A program made the translations under genes and the position numbers. Below are positions 54,260-63,915 of a stretch of DNA of 64,000 nt, piece by piece; the first letter of the stretch is position 1, and every line of letters starts with the position of its first letter. The stretch lies in IMG/VR virus record IMGVR_UViG_3300037418_004082; one strand, 5' to 3'. This stretch comes from a virus. The notes below the pieces were generated by a model. It worked only from the letters and a program-made list of their open reading frames with translations, did no database searches and was not told the DNA's origin.

Positions 54260-54904
54260 ATGGTCACGGACGACGACCTGGCGCGCGTGGACATCACCCA
54301 CGAGGACATCATGCAGGTCTTCAAGCGGCCCGACCACGTGATGTTCTTCTCCGACGTGCCGGCTGGCAAGCACGGCGAAGACGAGATGTTCACGCACTGG
54401 GCGCTGGGCCCGGTGCTCCTGACGCGCGACGCCAACTTGCTCGCGAAGAGCAACGCCGTCGCGCTGCTCAAGCATCTGGACACGATGCCGGAGCTGGTGA
54501 ACGACTGGGAGGTGCTGCGCCTGCAGCACTTCGCCAGCGGCTGGGTCGAGCACCTGGCCTTCCGGGCCCTCGACGCCGACCTGCAGCCCACCCGGATGTT
54601 CCGGGTGATCAAGCACTGGTGCGACGGCCTGGAGGAGTATCCAGTGGCCGACGAAGAGCACTACTACAAGCTTCGTCGGCAAGAAGAGCTGGACAACATC
54701 TACCGGACGATCGAGCACAAGATCGGCTGGTGGCCGAGGCCCATCCAGGGCATCGAAGACCAGGTGCACCAGTGGCTCTGGCAGAACCGCCAGCAGGCCC
54801 TGGAGCTGACCAACGACACCACCGTCGCGGACCCTACCGAAGACGATGTCCGCGCGGCCCTGGTAGCCCTGGGCTACCGCATCCCACCCAAAGACGAGGA
54901 GTAG
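54260..54904 (+). CDS. Hypothetical protein
   Basis: Strong GC3 bias, GGAG SD. Confidence 0.7.
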   Translation: MVTDDDLARVDITHEDIMQVFKRPDHVMFFSDVPAGKHGEDEMFTHWALGPVLLTRDANLLAKSNAVALLKHLDTMPELVNDWEVLRLQHFASGWVEHLAFRALDADLQPTRMFRVIKHWCDGLEEYPVADEEHYYKLRRQEELDNIYRTIEHKIGWWPRPIQGIEDQVHQWLWQNRQQALELTNDTTVADPTEDDVRAALVALGYRIPPKDEE

Positions 54905-54914
54905 TACATTGTCC

Positions 54915-55064
54915 ATGAGAGTCGAGCTGGGGATCCACGCCCAGCAACAAGGGCTCGCTCTGGTCCGCCAGGGCAGCAAGTGGCAGGTCAAGAACGTGAA
55001 GACCGGTAAGTTGCGCTACGTGGCTCATCGTCTGCGCGACATCAAGCGCTATTTTGGCCTGTAA
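54915..55064 (+). CDS. Small basic protein (49 aa, absent from track)
   Basis: GAGGAG SD; MRVELGIHAQQQGL...RYFGL. Confidence 0.5.
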   Translation: MRVELGIHAQQQGLALVRQGSKWQVKNVKTGKLRYVAHRLRDIKRYFGL

Positions 55065-55077
55065 GGAGAACCATCAA

Positions 55078-55449
55078 ATGGCAATTCATATCGACATGGC
55101 GAAGCGCTTCGCCGCGAACCAACGTGGCTCCGGCACGAACCACACCGTGACCAGTCACGGCGACGTCTCGACGTACATCTTGTTCGGCAACGTCATCGCG
55201 ACGCTCGACCACAAGACCAACACGCTCAAGCTGTACAACTGCGGGTACGAGACCGTGTCCACGGCCAAGCCGCTGAACGCCATCCTCGCCGAGGTGCCGT
55301 TCGCCCGCAAGTGGAAGCTCAAGAGCTGGGTGCTCACCGACCCGCACGGCAACAAGCACGAGTGGGTCGAGGGCTTCACGATCCGCCCGGACAATGCCGT
55401 CGGCGAGGATACGACGAGCGGCCTGGCGCCCGCGCTGGGGGATCGATGA
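55078..55449 (+). CDS. Hypothetical phage protein
   Basis: AAGGAG SD; LFGNVIA...GYETVSTAKPLNAIL. Confidence 0.7.
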   Translation: MAIHIDMAKRFAANQRGSGTNHTVTSHGDVSTYILFGNVIATLDHKTNTLKLYNCGYETVSTAKPLNAILAEVPFARKWKLKSWVLTDPHGNKHEWVEGFTIRPDNAVGEDTTSGLAPALGDR

Positions 55450-55919
55450 CGGACCTTGCGCCGGCCCTGGCGACCGACAACGACCTGGCGCCGGCCTTGG
55501 GCACGCCCACCGTCGATGGTATCCCCGGGCACCTGCTCGCCAAGAACGAGTACGGCGACTGGATCACGTACTACTACGGCGGCAAGGTGCCCAAACTCGA
55601 TCTGGCGATCGCCCGGGTCAAGGTGGACGGCAAGTACCGCATCACGGCGCACGACTGCAGCGAGGAGTACCTCGTGCTGAACTCCGCCTACAAGGGCCAC
55701 CTGGGGCGCTTTGAGGTGGGCACCGACCCGAACGGCCGCCGGATCTACGAGTGGTCGGCCAAGCAGTTCCCGGGCCTCGTGAGCGCGCTGAAGAAGCGGT
55801 ACGAGAACGGACCCTGGGCCAGCGACACCGGCCGCAGCGAAGACCTCCGCGCCGACCAGGCGCACTCGCTCTACACCAGCGTTTTCGAGTCGCTGCACAT
55901 CGAAGCGCCCGACCTATAA
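55446..55919 (+). CDS. Hypothetical protein with LAPAL repeats
   Basis: ATGA overlap. Confidence 0.65.
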   Translation: MTDLAPALATDNDLAPALGTPTVDGIPGHLLAKNEYGDWITYYYGGKVPKLDLAIARVKVDGKYRITAHDCSEEYLVLNSAYKGHLGRFEVGTDPNGRRIYEWSAKQFPGLVSALKKRYENGPWASDTGRSEDLRADQAHSLYTSVFESLHIEAPDL

Positions 55920-55929
55920 GGAGCCTCTG

Positions 55930-56358
55930 ATGACCAAGACCGAATGGCGCCAGTACCGCTCGCTCTACCGCCGCGTCAAGCGGATGCGGAGCGCGTGGTA
56001 CGAGGCGGATAAGGCGCACCGCAAGCGGCCCTACAAGATCGCCGACATCTACAAGCTCGAAGCGTCCATCCCGAAGGACGTGCTGTTCAAGCTGTTCGAC
56101 GCCGACTTCAAGCGGGGCTGCCTCCGTGACGGCGCAGAAAACTATCGCTGGCGCACGGCCGCGTACTCGTCCACGCCGTGGTTCGAATCGCAGAGCTTGC
56201 CGTACGCGACGGCCTCTCACAACTCGCGCTTCGTGCTCACGTGCAGCCTCAAGCGCTACTGCGCCAACGTGCGCGAGTGGCGTGCGCGCGAACACGCGCC
56301 GATGCTGTCGCACGACATCGACACGGGCCTCGCGCCCACGATCGAGAAGTGCGCGTGA
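55930..56358 (+). CDS. Hypothetical basic protein
   Basis: AAGGAG SD. Confidence 0.65.
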   Translation: MTKTEWRQYRSLYRRVKRMRSAWYEADKAHRKRPYKIADIYKLEASIPKDVLFKLFDADFKRGCLRDGAENYRWRTAAYSSTPWFESQSLPYATASHNSRFVLTCSLKRYCANVREWRAREHAPMLSHDIDTGLAPTIEKCA

Positions 56359-56618
56359 TGGTGTACACGGACCTTCACGACTTCTTCCTGGGCTGGTACG
56401 CGAAGCTGGAGTGCGAGCGCAACTCGCACTCCAGCCGTCAGCATCAACTGTTGGCCCAGCTTCAGCGGGAGATGGCAGCACTCCCGGAGCTGGTCCTGAT
56501 GCAGAAACTCGACCGGGCCGTCGCCGGGTCGAACGACCTGTTCAACCCTCACCCCATCGATCACTACTTCCGCAAGGCCCTGGCTCTGCTGGAAGCAGCC
56601 TCTACCAAGGAGCCCTAA
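56358..56618 (+). CDS. Hypothetical protein
   Basis: TGATG coupling. Confidence 0.55.
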   Translation: MVYTDLHDFFLGWYAKLECERNSHSSRQHQLLAQLQREMAALPELVLMQKLDRAVAGSNDLFNPHPIDHYFRKALALLEAASTKEP

Positions 56619-56621
56619 CCC

Positions 56622-57239
56622 ATGCCGACTCCCAAGGAACACGTGCTCGCGGTCTACCCCAAGGCCGCCTCCTCGAAGAAGGGGACCCTCTGGCAGATCA
56701 TCATGCCGGATGGCCCCGACCCCGACGATCCCAGCAAGCAGCTCATCCGCGTGCTGGGGTCGGCGGGTACGGCGAACCTGGCCTGGCTGACCGCCTACGA
56801 ACGTCTGCCGGAACTCCAGCGCCACGACGAGAAGTCGCGCGACTTCGCCCTCAACTACGGCGTTGGGCCGGACAAGATGAAGGACTTCGCCCAGATGCAG
56901 GCCGATCCGCCCGACGCGGTGGCGACGATCGACGGCGTGCGCCACGAGATCCGGCACAAGCTGGGCAACGAGGATGCCGAACGGGGGCGGGCCCAGATGG
57001 ATGCCTACAAGAACGCCATGGGCATGCTACCGGCCACGCGGATGCCCGCTGTGGCGACCGCGGAACCGGAGGACCTCGACGAGGCCCCGGTCAAGGTCAA
57101 CACCAAGACCAAGAAGTACCGCGTCGTGCAGTACGTCGAGCCCAAGCCCCAGAAGCCGAAAGGCGCCAAGGAAATGAAGAAGCAGGCGCGCAAGGCAGAG
57201 CGGCAGGCCCGCAAGAAGAACCGCCGTCACCGCCGATGA
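56622..57239 (+). CDS. Hypothetical protein with basic tail
   Basis: AAGGAG SD. Confidence 0.7.
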   Translation: MPTPKEHVLAVYPKAASSKKGTLWQIIMPDGPDPDDPSKQLIRVLGSAGTANLAWLTAYERLPELQRHDEKSRDFALNYGVGPDKMKDFAQMQADPPDAVATIDGVRHEIRHKLGNEDAERGRAQMDAYKNAMGMLPATRMPAVATAEPEDLDEAPVKVNTKTKKYRVVQYVEPKPQKPKGAKEMKKQARKAERQARKKNRRHRR

Positions 57240-57409
57240 ACTTCCCTTTCCCTCCCGACGTGTCGCCGGAGCGACACGTTCGGGACGTCCTCGACACGGA
57301 GCACGCACGATTGAAGCGTGCCATCCGTCGTCAACTTCACGTGGATCGTGAACGTACCGCTCAACGCATTGTGCAGTTAGAGGTCTTGCTGCTCAACCTT
57401 CGCCGTTAA
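57236..57409 (+). CDS. Small helical protein
   Basis: ATGA overlap. Confidence 0.5.
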   Translation: MNFPFPPDVSPERHVRDVLDTEHARLKRAIRRQLHVDRERTAQRIVQLEVLLLNLRR

Positions 57410-57425
57410 CTGAAAGGAGTTCGGT

Positions 57426-57908
57426 ATGCCGAACACTGAAACTTACCGTCCGGTCCGCAAGATGTTTTCTCTGGGTGACGCCGTGTTGCTCGTCGTCACG
57501 CCCGTGGGTATCACGCACGAGCCCAGCCGCTGGCGCTTCCACGTGTCGTTTTTGCTCCAGAAGTACACGCCGTACGAACCCGGCAAGGAACAGGTCAAGC
57601 TTCCGGGGCACTGGTGCCTGGGCGTGCTCACCGACTTCGGCATCAACGTGGACACGCCCAACCCGGAACGCGAGGCCGCGGAGATGGCTCTCCGCTTCGC
57701 GGCCGATCCACCGTGGCGAGACTTCGGAGGCGGTGGCCTGACCTACACCGAACACCCGCCGTCGATCGACGACCTGCCGGCATCTTGGTCCGGGCAAGAG
57801 AAGGCGTGGTGGCGCATCCACGACGGTTTCGACTGGGAGAGCGAGATGTCGTGCAACGAGGAAGGCACGAAGGTCACGTGGCCCAACCTCGTGGACTACG
57901 TGGAATGA
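57426..57908 (+). CDS. Hypothetical protein
   Basis: AAAGGAG SD. Confidence 0.7.
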   Translation: MPNTETYRPVRKMFSLGDAVLLVVTPVGITHEPSRWRFHVSFLLQKYTPYEPGKEQVKLPGHWCLGVLTDFGINVDTPNPEREAAEMALRFAADPPWRDFGGGGLTYTEHPPSIDDLPASWSGQEKAWWRIHDGFDWESEMSCNEEGTKVTWPNLVDYVE

Positions 57909-58120
57909 AGACGCCCACGTGGACGTTCAGCGTCGTCCTCTACGACCGCACGCCTCAACGCACGCTGGGGTTCGTCGTGATCGAGGATCTCGACGAGTTC
58001 TTCCACGCCAAGCCGCTCGCGGTGTTCGATGTGATCGAGGTGGATGACTGCGGGAACGAGACGGCCGCGCGCACCACCAAAGACCTGATCACGCTGGTTT
58101 CGTTCGCCGTGACGGGTTGA
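57905..58120 (+). CDS. Hypothetical protein
   Basis: ATGA overlap. Confidence 0.55.
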   Translation: MKTPTWTFSVVLYDRTPQRTLGFVVIEDLDEFFHAKPLAVFDVIEVDDCGNETAARTTKDLITLVSFAVTG

Positions 58121-58253
58121 CGCGCAGCGTTTCGACTCGCACCACGGCGGGAGCTGGCGTCAAGGCGGTGGATAGCACCTGCATCTCTTCTTGGTGGCGC
58201 TTCTCGTCGCTCGCCATGAGTTGCTGGATCTGACGCACGATGTCCTGGGGCAT
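58089..58253 (-). CDS. Small coiled-coil protein, the only minus-strand gene called in the early region (54 aa)
   Basis: GGAGG SD; MPQDIVRQIQQLMASDEKRHQEEM. Confidence 0.45.
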   Translation of the reverse strand: MPQDIVRQIQQLMASDEKRHQEEMQVLSTALTPAPAVVRVETLRVNPSRRTKPA

Positions 58254-58363
58254 ACGGACAGGCCCTCCAAAGAATTTTGGCTTACAAGGACATGATGCGC
58301 CCGCCCCGCCCGGACGCAACCGATTTTTACATTCCGTTACACAGAAGAAAGGGCGAAGATAGA

Positions 58364-58576
58364 ATGAGCACCAACATGTTGGTTCAGATCACCGTCGGGA
58401 GCAAGGTCTACGGCGGTCCGGTCAAGTCCCGCAACAACGTGAGCAACGACCCCCAGGACCCCACCTGGTACGTCGAGTTCACGCACGACGAGAAGAGCGC
58501 GGGCCCCACCGGCCAGCCCGGCTACTGGAAGCAAGGCATCGACCCCGGCCACGTTCAGTTCGTGGAGACGAAGTAG
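58364..58576 (+). CDS. Small beta (SH3-like) protein
   Basis: VGSKVYGG...WYVEF...GHVQFV. Confidence 0.6.
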   Translation: MSTNMLVQITVGSKVYGGPVKSRNNVSNDPQDPTWYVEFTHDEKSAGPTGQPGYWKQGIDPGHVQFVETK

Positions 58577-59062
58577 ATGCCGGAGCTGGAGTACAACAAG
58601 ACCAAGCACCACCAGTCCCCCAACCTGGTCGCCTACACGCTGGCCTTTGATGGCACACCCATCGGTTACGTCTGGCCCGACCCTTTGGGGAACTGGTGGC
58701 ACGCTGCGGTCGAGCCCAAGGGCATGCCGCTTCGTCAAATTTACCGCTTCGGCACGCCCGACCTCTCGTTCACGAGCAAGGGCGAAGCGGGACAGGCCGT
58801 GCTCGAAGCGTCTAGCTGGACGAATATGCAGTGGTCCACGTACGAGCTGGCACGTGGCACCACCAAGGTGTACGACGAGTTGGAGCTGATGCTTGCCAAG
58901 GTCAAGAAAGCTTCCGACATCATCACCGAAACCCGCAAGGTCAGCTACGCCCCCGACAGCGTGACGCAACTGAAGAACGAGCTGTACGTGTTGGGGGCAC
59001 GTGTGAAAGACCTTCTCGACAAAGCGAAGGTGGAAAAGGACAAAGCATGTTTGAAAAGCTGA
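58577..59062 (+). CDS. Hypothetical protein
   Basis: Directly follows the upstream stop. Confidence 0.65.
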   Translation: MPELEYNKTKHHQSPNLVAYTLAFDGTPIGYVWPDPLGNWWHAAVEPKGMPLRQIYRFGTPDLSFTSKGEAGQAVLEASSWTNMQWSTYELARGTTKVYDELELMLAKVKKASDIITETRKVSYAPDSVTQLKNELYVLGARVKDLLDKAKVEKDKACLKS

Positions 59063-59442
59063 AAGCGGGCGATATGTCGCCCCATCCGGTTCTCAAGCTC
59101 GTTAAGGAGCAGGCTCCGAATGTGGCGATCGAGCTGTGGTGCCAGCCGCGTGAAGCAGGCGCAGACGAGCCGCGGTGGATTCCGTTCGAGGTGCGAGCGC
59201 TCTACGTGCACAAGGGCGAACTCGTCACCGGCAAGGCCGACGCGCCCCTGCTGCAGTCGAGCGTCTGGCCCGACATGCTGCCCGTGTACGTGGAGGAGGC
59301 GCTGGCTGCATTGTGGCTGCAGCTCAAGGACGAGCCGCCCGACGGTCTGCTCAACTACCCCTACTCCGCCCTACTCGCCGTGAAGGGCTTCCGCACGCGA
59401 CCGAAGGCCGAATGGTGGCCGATGCCGGAGGCGACGCCATGA
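59047..59442 (+). CDS. Hypothetical protein
   Basis: AAGGA SD, MFEKLKAG. Confidence 0.6.
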   Translation: MFEKLKAGDMSPHPVLKLVKEQAPNVAIELWCQPREAGADEPRWIPFEVRALYVHKGELVTGKADAPLLQSSVWPDMLPVYVEEALAALWLQLKDEPPDGLLNYPYSALLAVKGFRTRPKAEWWPMPEATP

Positions 59443-59741
59443 CGGCGAAGTTCCCGTTCTACGACGGCCCCTGCATCGTCAGCCTCTCGCCCGCTCCCGA
59501 CGTCAACACGTGGCTCGTCCGCGTGGACACCGTCGAGGTGGGCTTGGTCAAGCCGTACGTGAACCTTGAGCTGGCCTTCGAAGGCTTCGTCTTCGACGAC
59601 AACCCCTTCCCGTTCAACGAGCTGTGGGATGCGGCGCGTGCGTTGGTGACGGCGCAGATGTGGCGGGCGAGTACGCGCAGCAATCCGAAGAACCCACGGC
59701 CCTTCCTCGACGTCCTCCAGGACGTGGTCAAGGGCCGTTAG
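59439..59741 (+). CDS. Hypothetical protein
   Basis: GGAGG SD, ATGA overlap. Confidence 0.6.
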   Translation: MTAKFPFYDGPCIVSLSPAPDVNTWLVRVDTVEVGLVKPYVNLELAFEGFVFDDNPFPFNELWDAARALVTAQMWRASTRSNPKNPRPFLDVLQDVVKGR

Positions 59742-59757
59742 GGTGTGACGGCGCCGC

Positions 59758-59790
59758 CCACCGCTTCATCCATCGTGGGTGAGGCGGTGG
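59758..59790 (+). other. Intergenic 15-bp hairpin
   Basis: CCACCGCTTCATCCA-tcg-TGGGTGAGGCGGTGG with G-U pairs. Confidence 0.45.
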
Positions 59791-59809
59791 TCGGTCAAGG
59801 AGATAGGCT

Positions 59810-60205
59810 ATGAGTGAAAACCCCAACTTCTACGAACGCTACCGCGCTGAAGAAGCGCGGCGTAGTAAAGAGCATGAAGAAAAGATCGCCAAGTGGGACC
59901 GTGAACGTGCGCCAACCGACCCGAAAGAAGGCTGGGTCGTCGTCAACAAGAAGGCTACCAAGAAGGTCATTCACGTTACGGTAACAAGCGCTCATAACCG
60001 CAGCGAGGACCCGGACCACGACTGGTTCCACACCAGCGACGGATCGACGTACGCGCGTACTCGGATTCACGCGACTCGACGCGACGCATTGACGGAGTTG
60101 ATGCACATTTACGACAAGCTGCACGAAATGCACTCGAACAACGCTAGTAAGGCCGGCAACATGTGGGAGAAGGTCAAGCGCGAGCGCAATGCCTGCACCG
60201 ACTGA
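59810..60205 (+). CDS. Hypothetical protein
   Basis: AAGGAG SD. Confidence 0.65.
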   Translation: MSENPNFYERYRAEEARRSKEHEEKIAKWDRERAPTDPKEGWVVVNKKATKKVIHVTVTSAHNRSEDPDHDWFHTSDGSTYARTRIHATRRDALTELMHIYDKLHEMHSNNASKAGNMWEKVKRERNACTD

Positions 60206-60548
60206 CCCCTACGAGAACAAGGTCAAGATATGCGACCGTCCATGCCCCGAATGCCCCTTCGTGGGCGGTCTCAAGCTTCGGCCTGGCCGCCTGCAGGAGA
60301 TCATCCGGGAGACGAAGCAGGGCGGCCAGTTCCCGTGCCACAAGGCCATCTACGAGAAGCGCCAAAACGTGCTGTGCGCGGGCTGGGACAAGGTTGTCCG
60401 GCCCAACGCCACGCGCATGGCGGAACGGTTCGGCATTCTGGTCGAGGTGGACCTCGACACGCTACCCAAACTCACGGGTGCTGCCGCTCGTCACGAGCTG
60501 CGCAACGTGTTCACCGACGAGGAGTATGACGACAATGGCTTCGACTAA
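60189..60548 (+). CDS. Cys/His-rich phage protein
   Basis: CDRPCPECPF...FPCH...LCAGW. Confidence 0.65.
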   Translation: MPAPTDPYENKVKICDRPCPECPFVGGLKLRPGRLQEIIRETKQGGQFPCHKAIYEKRQNVLCAGWDKVVRPNATRMAERFGILVEVDLDTLPKLTGAAARHELRNVFTDEEYDDNGFD

Positions 60549-61134
60549 CGAGCCCACGGTTCCCCCTTTGACGCCCATCATCGCCGGCCGGATGGAGGTC
60601 CATCCGCAAGAGCCGTACAAGGTTGGCATGAACAAGGACAAGGAGCAGATCGAGATTCACGTGGCTGGCGAGGTTTGCACCTCGATCACCCGCGTGTTCG
60701 GTTCGGAGATCGACGACCTGATCACGGCGCTCGTGACGTACCGCGAGCGTCATCGCGGCGTGATGGAGAACCCCATCCACCTGCAGGCGTCGAGCACGGG
60801 CCTGATGGAGCGCGTGATCCGCCAGCGCTTCGGCGAGGCCAAGCGCGAGCTGGAGAACCTGGGCTACACCGTGGATCCCTACAAGAAGGACATCCACGGC
60901 AACTCGTTCTTCGTGTGGCCCGTGCGTGTCACGCGGCCCGGTGGCCGGTCGAACGAGAGCATCGTGGTCCGCGACTGCGCCGATGTCGAGACGCTCGAAG
61001 GGGTGCTCGAACACGTGCGGCCTTTCGGCCACGTGTCGCACGGCGAGCTGGACCGCATGGAGAGCGGCCGGCTCTACCGGGACTACGAGCTGGAGCGTGC
61101 GCGCGATCGCGCGGCCAAGTTCCCGGGAGAGTAG
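60535..61134 (+). CDS. Hypothetical protein
   Basis: GAGGAG SD, MASTNEPT. Confidence 0.65.
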   Translation: MASTNEPTVPPLTPIIAGRMEVHPQEPYKVGMNKDKEQIEIHVAGEVCTSITRVFGSEIDDLITALVTYRERHRGVMENPIHLQASSTGLMERVIRQRFGEAKRELENLGYTVDPYKKDIHGNSFFVWPVRVTRPGGRSNESIVVRDCADVETLEGVLEHVRPFGHVSHGELDRMESGRLYRDYELERARDRAAKFPGE

Positions 61135-61137
61135 CCC

Positions 61138-61299
61138 GTGATCCCGTTCACCTATCCGCCCGGCTGGCCTGTCTGGTCGGGCATCCCCATCGCCATCCTC
61201 TTGCTGGCGGCCATCTGGTGGCTGGATAGCCGTCAGCCGCCTCACGACAAGGAGTCCATCACCCATGACCACCAAGACCAAGCTGACCTTCGGCCTTGA
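61138..61299 (+). CDS. Small membrane protein (53 aa, absent from track)
   Basis: GGAG SD with GTG; VWSGIPIAILLLAAIWWL. Confidence 0.45.
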   Translation: MIPFTYPPGWPVWSGIPIAILLLAAIWWLDSRQPPHDKESITHDHQDQADLRP

Positions 61300-61663
61300 C
61301 GCGGCGCTGCCGCCGAACTGCCCGTTCGCGTGGGGCGCACGAGCGGTCTACGACAGCTCGAACCTCAAGAAGGGGAAGTTCGACATCCCCCTCACCAACC
61401 GGGACTCCTTCGGGCCGGTCGAGCTGCGACAGAAGATGCTCGCGACCCTGGAGAAGGGGCAGGCGCTGGAGAAGTCCGCCAAGGAGCTGTACAAGAAGGA
61501 CGTGGGCAACCACGACGACACGCACCACACGGTGTACATCGCCAATGGCTACGTCATCAAGGCACGCAGCTATGGCGGCTACATCTACCTGGTGGCCTAC
61601 CCGAACCCGGACTTCCCGGGCAACAAGGCGCTGTACGACGGCACCTACAAGACGGAGTCGTAG
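61265..61663 (+). CDS. Hypothetical phage protein
   Basis: AAGGAG SD; C-terminal GYIYLVAY. Confidence 0.7.
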   Translation: MTTKTKLTFGLDAALPPNCPFAWGARAVYDSSNLKKGKFDIPLTNRDSFGPVELRQKMLATLEKGQALEKSAKELYKKDVGNHDDTHHTVYIANGYVIKARSYGGYIYLVAYPNPDFPGNKALYDGTYKTES

Positions 61664-61665
61664 CC

Positions 61666-62244
61666 GTGTACACGATCCTCAAGAAGACCGCCCAGGTCGA
61701 TCCCCGCCCCGGCGGCACCATCACCTACTACCGCATCGAGCTGCCGGACGGCACCCACATCGGTGACGTGCGGCACGAGAGCCAGGGTCGCTGGAAGGCG
61801 TTCCTGCCGTCCGACCGCCGGCCATGCGACCCGGACACGCTGCTGATGCAGCCGGGCAAGAGCTTCGAGAAGTACAACGGCCAGAAGGCGGCGGCCGACC
61901 GCCTTCTGGAGTGGCACAACTGGTCGTCTTCGGAGAAGCTGGCCGACGTGACGCTGCGGCAGCGGCGCGCCGAAACGGAGCGCTTGCGCATCCGGCAAGG
62001 TGGTTTGCACGGCATCGTGACCGACGTAGAGAAGTGGAGCGAGCAGGTCCACACGGTCCCGGGCGTGCAGGAGAAGATGCAGCAGGCGCTGCCGCACCTC
62101 AAGGCGGCCTTCGAGCTGATGTGGGACGCCTACCGCGAGTCCATCCCCGACGACGAGCGCGAGCACGGCCTTCACAAGAACGCCTTGACCATGGGCGTCT
62201 TGTTGACGCTGGGCCGCGGTCTTCACGATCCGAGGAACAAGTAG
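61666..62244 (+). CDS. Hypothetical protein
   Basis: GGAG SD, GTG start, MYTILKK. Confidence 0.65.
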   Translation: MYTILKKTAQVDPRPGGTITYYRIELPDGTHIGDVRHESQGRWKAFLPSDRRPCDPDTLLMQPGKSFEKYNGQKAAADRLLEWHNWSSSEKLADVTLRQRRAETERLRIRQGGLHGIVTDVEKWSEQVHTVPGVQEKMQQALPHLKAAFELMWDAYRESIPDDEREHGLHKNALTMGVLLTLGRGLHDPRNK

Positions 62245-62631
62245 ATGGCCGAAAAGCCGCGCCACTTCCACCGCACCGTCGCCCTGGCGTTGTCGCCAAA
62301 GGTCTCGTTGAACTTCTTCGAGACCGTGAAGCAGCACACCAAGGCACAAGCTCTGGTTGATCAGGCACGTCGCTTTGCACGCAAAGGCCACGTGCTGCTC
62401 ATCTGGAACAACGTCGATTGGGACTACTGGGGCCCTAAAGGAAACGGGGACTCCGGTGTATTTCCTATCGGCAACTTCGTGGAGAGCCTTCGCGAAGAAG
62501 ACTACCGATACGTGCGTACCGAAGACCCGCACGACGTTACGATACACGGCACCCTAAAAGGCCCGTTCGCTCTGGACGCTCACGTGCAAGTGACGTTCAA
62601 GGCCGACGGTTTGACGGAGAGCATCGCTTGA
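62245..62631 (+). CDS. Hypothetical protein
   Basis: GAGGA SD. Confidence 0.6.
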   Translation: MAEKPRHFHRTVALALSPKVSLNFFETVKQHTKAQALVDQARRFARKGHVLLIWNNVDWDYWGPKGNGDSGVFPIGNFVESLREEDYRYVRTEDPHDVTIHGTLKGPFALDAHVQVTFKADGLTESIA

Positions 62632-63203
62632 CCAAGACCAAACCCCTCACCACCGACGAGATCCTCGGCCAGCTCGCGCAAATGAAGGGCGAGAGCGTGT
62701 CGATGAACGACCTCGTCCCCCTCATCGCGGCCGCCGCGCAGGCGCAAGTGGAGCGCAAGCGCGCCAAGGAAGAAGCGCGTCTCGACGAGCTGGTGGAGAC
62801 CCTGACGACGTGGACCACCACGTTCGACGACTTCACGAACCTGATGGAGAACTTCCGCGGCCAGGGCATGGCGCCACCCGACACCCCCGCGTGGTTGGAG
62901 TCGATCGGCTTCGACAGCTCCTTCCTGGAGGAGCTGTACCCGCAGGCGTACGCGCTGCACGAGAAGTTCGAGCAGATGCGGGATCAGGCCCAGGAGCTGC
63001 GCGACCTCCACGTGAACAAGACGCGAGCCCTGGCCGCCCTGCCGTCGGGCTGGGAGATCGGCGTCGTCCGACGGCCGACCGGCATGCACGACATCGTCAT
63101 CAACGGCGGCACCACGAAGTGGTACGGGGAGACGCCGGCCGAAGCCTGGGGTGAAGCCGCCGACGGGCTGGAAGCCTCGACCAACGAGATCCCGTGGCGA
63201 TGA
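62628..63203 (+). CDS. Hypothetical protein
   Basis: TTGA overlap, GGAG SD. Confidence 0.7.
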   Translation: MTKTKPLTTDEILGQLAQMKGESVSMNDLVPLIAAAAQAQVERKRAKEEARLDELVETLTTWTTTFDDFTNLMENFRGQGMAPPDTPAWLESIGFDSSFLEELYPQAYALHEKFEQMRDQAQELRDLHVNKTRALAALPSGWEIGVVRRPTGMHDIVINGGTTKWYGETPAEAWGEAADGLEASTNEIPWR

Positions 63204-63337
63204 GCGTGCGTAGCCTGAACTACTGGCTCTACCACGGTCTCTCGTTCAAACAGGCCGTCCGTCGTGAGCGCAAGGTGCAGTGGGTGCTGCGCCTTGTGTG
63301 GTTCCTCGTGGGCCTTGTGCTCGGAAAGGTGCTCTAA
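63200..63337 (+). CDS. Small basic membrane peptide (45 aa, absent from track)
   Basis: ATGA overlap; WVLRLVWFLVGLVLG. Confidence 0.4.
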   Translation: MSVRSLNYWLYHGLSFKQAVRRERKVQWVLRLVWFLVGLVLGKVL

Positions 63338-63341
63338 ACCT

Positions 63342-63569
63342 ATGAAACACGTCGTTAATGGTGTTACACCAGAGCGGTTCGTCAAGACCGATCGTCAAGA
63401 CGGCAAGGACATCGGATACATCCTCGTGTTCTGGTGTAACCAATGGGTCACCGCGGCGTATCGCGAAGGCGATAACGAGTGGGCTCACGGTAACTACTGG
63501 GGCGCTAACGAGAAGGAGAAGGCGATCGAAGACTTGAACAAGCGTGTCGCTAATAAGGGCCGCCTGTAG
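63342..63569 (+). CDS. Hypothetical phage protein
   Basis: QWVTA...EWAHGNYW. Confidence 0.6.
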   Translation: MKHVVNGVTPERFVKTDRQDGKDIGYILVFWCNQWVTAAYREGDNEWAHGNYWGANEKEKAIEDLNKRVANKGRL

Positions 63570-63605
63570 GCACGTAACAGAAATTGTCTGAAGAAAGGAG
63601 GGACC

Positions 63606-63887
63606 GTGCCCGCGCAGACCCCGGAGTTCTATGATGCCATCGAGCACGCCGACCTCGTTGCTCGACGAGCGCAGAACGTTGCGTTTCAAACCATGAAGGT
63701 CCTTGCAGCACTCGATGCTGCATCCAAAGAGAGCCTCGTGCGGGCGGCCTTGGAAAAGACGAAACCAAGGATCGACCGCGACGAGGTGTTCTTGGCCGCA
63801 CGACGACTGGTTGACTTTGCCGAAAGCCTATCACGCGCGGCCGACGGCTTGTCCGCGACGTTTGCAGCCGCAGCAGGATCGATATAA
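63606..63887 (+). CDS. Hypothetical helical protein
   Basis: AAAGGAGG SD, GTG start. Confidence 0.6.
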   Translation: MPAQTPEFYDAIEHADLVARRAQNVAFQTMKVLAALDAASKESLVRAALEKTKPRIDRDEVFLAARRLVDFAESLSRAADGLSATFAAAAGSI

Positions 63888-63915
63888 CAGCAACTATCTG
63901 GAAAGGAGGCCCGAC

